A stretch of 64,000 nucleotides of DNA from NCBI RefSeq assembly GCF_006345805.1, contig NC_043001.1, positions 6,448,001 through 6,512,000 on the forward strand. The letters are read 5' to 3'. The notes beneath the pieces were generated by a model. The model was not told the origin of the DNA. It ran no database searches and saw only the letters and a program-made list of their open reading frames with translations. Source of the stretch: Octopus sinensis. Its lineage: Eukaryota. Below, piece after piece: positions 61,539-64,000 of this stretch (position 1 is its first letter; every line of letters starts with the position of its first letter). The position numbers and the translations under genes are program-made.

Positions 61539-62012
61539 ATTCTATATTTAAGAGATGAGAAATTACGGACACTATTTACATTATTTACATTTGAGGGATA
61601 TTTGTCCTCATCTTTTTTGTTGTTAACACAAGGTTTCGGCTGATATACGCTCCAGCCTTCAGCAGGTGTCTTGGAGAAATTTCGAACCTGGGTTCTCATT
61701 CCTAAGGTATTTTTCGATTAACCACTACGCTGTATGCCCGTGGTCATATGGCGTAGTGGTTAATAATAATAATAACATCGAAAAATATCTGAGGAATGAA
61801 ATTTCGAAATTTCCCAATAATAAAAATAATAATAATAATAATATAATAATAATAATAACAACAACATCAAAAATACATTAGGAATGCGAACCCAGGTTGG
61901 AAATTTCCCCAAGACACCTGATGAAGGCTGGAGGGCATATCAGCCGAAAAGTTGTGTTAACAACAAACAAGATGAGGACAAATATCCATCAAATACAAAT
62001 AATGTAAATAAT
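61539..62012. mobile_element. Family H1 copy F: head-to-head palindromic insertion
   Basis: Minus arm 61539-61739 (motif 61625-61670); centre taaccactacgctgtatgccc-gt-ggtcatatggcgtagtggtta; plus arm with motif at 61913-61958. Confidence 0.85.
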
Positions 62013-62699
62013 GAAATTAGATTTCATCCTGAGATGAAATAACACCCACTTGGTACTAATCCCAATTCATTTGATTGGTGGTGCAAAGTCGATGACCCGA
62101 AAATATTTACAGCTCTGGATGGGATAGAAAACCCAATTCGTGAAATGTCGTTAATTGCTCTGCTATCTCATCGTTGCAATATTTCGAAAACAGCCAAGCA
62201 GGCTTAATGCGACATCGTTATTATACAAATATGGTTATAAATCGTATATAATTTTTAATATCTCTTACGACATTGGTACACGAGTAAATATTCACCAAGG
62301 AATATAATTTGAAAAATCAATAAATAAATATTTTCTATCGCAATGACATACTCTATGATTAAATATTCGAAGGGCATCGACGTTGACATTCTGAAAATAT
62401 GTCGAAAGTAATGAAAACTTATGCAAATATTGAGATCATTTATTAATTATATACTACGCCAATATTTATTAATGTATGATATTAAAATAATGAGATATAT
62501 TCAGTAAGTTGTGTGGCCGAGATATTATTATACCCGATAGGTTGATGAATCATCGTCTGTGGTCGACAAGTAATTTACGGCGACACGTTCAAATCTTCCA
62601 GTCTCTGTAGAGGAGGAGAGATCACCCTCCTTGCTTTAGATTTCGTAATATGGGATGAAATATTAGCTAAAGGCCCACAATTAGAAGTGAGGCTTAAAT

Positions 62700-63980
62700 C
62701 AATTATATCGATCAGAGTGATGAACTGATAATCATTTTATTGACCTAAAAGGATGAAAGTCAGAGTCAACCTTCGTGAAATTTAAATTCAGGACGTAAAG
62801 GCTGACAAAATGAAAACAAGCATTTTACCCTGCGTTCTAATAAATATTTCTGACAGCTCGCCGCTTTTGGATTTCATTAGTATTTCCAATTCTGGCACAA
62901 GGCCCACAATTCCATCAAATTCGTGGGAGGGGATGATTCGATTATATCGACCCCATGTACAAGTTGTACTTATTTGATTGACTTCTAAAAGAATAAGAAG
63001 CAATGTCGACTTCGGAGAAAATTTAACTCAAAATACGAAGACGGATTAAATGTCGCTAAGTATTCTGTCCGGCTTGCAAACGATTCAACCAACTCGTCCC
63101 TTGATGGGTTTCATAATCATTAAACATATTTTTAATTTGTATCTTTTTCTTCTGTCAGTCATTGGCCTGCGGCCATCTTGGAGCGGCTGCACGAAGTGGT
63201 TTTTAGTGACTCCATTCATCCTCTATCGGTCTGCTCAAACGCTATACTCTTGTAAAGAATCACGAGTTTTGAAGCAATGGAGGGACAAACGTGCACAAAT
63301 ACAACGACACAATAACACACGCATATATATATAGAACGGGCTTCCACACAGTTTCTTTTTATCAAATTCCCTCCCAGCTCTATAGAAGAAGCCGCTAACC
63401 TAAGCTGCCACACAGGGAATGAACCTGAAACCACGTTGTTGAAACGGAATTTTGTTCGCCACGAAGCAGCAACACCTTCGCCTGAAAGATACAAGAAATA
63501 TTTAAATGAAGAAATAAACTTGTAAAGAAAAACACTTAAGATGTTATTTCATATCTAATTATGGTCTCAAATTTCGGCATTAGACCAGTAATTTCGTGGG
63601 GTGCTCCTGTGCTAAACTAATAACTATTCGATCAACCTAAGAAGGGATAACATAGAAAGGCGACCTCAGCCGATTTTCAACTCAGAACAAGACAGATTGG
63701 ATAACACTTAGTATTTTTTCCTGTGCACTACCAATTCTTGCGGCTCGCCGCCTGGTTTCACATCTAAGATTGAATTAATATCCTGTCACACGTCCATAAT
63801 TTGGGGCAGTGTAAACTGAATTCATTGACCTCAGTGTTTAAATGGTACTTATTTTATTTAACCCATAATGTTAAATGGCAAAGTCGACCTTGGTGGAATT
63901 TGAACTCAGAAAGTAAAGACCGACAGAAATCAGCCAAGCATTTTCCCTGGGATGCTACCGATTCTGCCAACACGCCACTT
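62700..63980 (-). mobile_element. Cluster of degenerate S2 and S1 SINE fragments
   Basis: Several ggatgaaagtcagagtcaacc / gcaaagtcgaccttggtggaatttgaactcag blocks, and an S1 remnant at about 63140-63470. Confidence 0.6.
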
Positions 63981-64000
63981 CATTTCCTATCCAATACAAA

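Noticed and set aside
1-64000. CRISPR arrays, rRNA genes, prokaryotic operons
   Set aside because: None seen. The repeats are eukaryotic SINEs and microsatellites without a repeat-spacer organisation.

Overview
This is AT-rich, microsatellite-dense animal DNA with one 100-N scaffold gap at 5317-5416. It is probably intronic or intergenic. The SINE families and overall repeat landscape look like those of an octopus or other coleoid cephalopod; this is my inference from recognition, not a database result. I could not identify any host gene. Recognisable coding remnants all belong to transposons: a full-length Helitron with both termini (20619-26668, minus) and the 3' end of a second copy (1-325); a 5'-truncated CR1-clade LINE (44117-47560) and a second CR1 fragment (7690-8575); the endonuclease end of an R4/Dong-like element (58690-59460); and Tc1/mariner and hAT fragments. 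Two abundant SINE families (here S1 and S2) make up much of the rest. The most striking signal is a set of about five sequence-distinct, short non-coding repeat families that each carry a small type-I hammerhead-ribozyme-like motif with a palindromic stem III, as known from Penelope-like elements. Most sit in simple repeats, and several form fold-back (inverted) insertions. One family (H1) is a tRNA-headed SINE containing a microsatellite and a hammerhead. It inserts as a head-to-head palindrome around a shared central hairpin, in one case with a 12-bp target-site duplication. The S1 SINE tail also matches the 3' end of the CR1 LINE, with a covarying stem-loop, which points to a SINE-LINE partnership. 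Coordinates were read by eye and may be off by a few bases at repeat edges.
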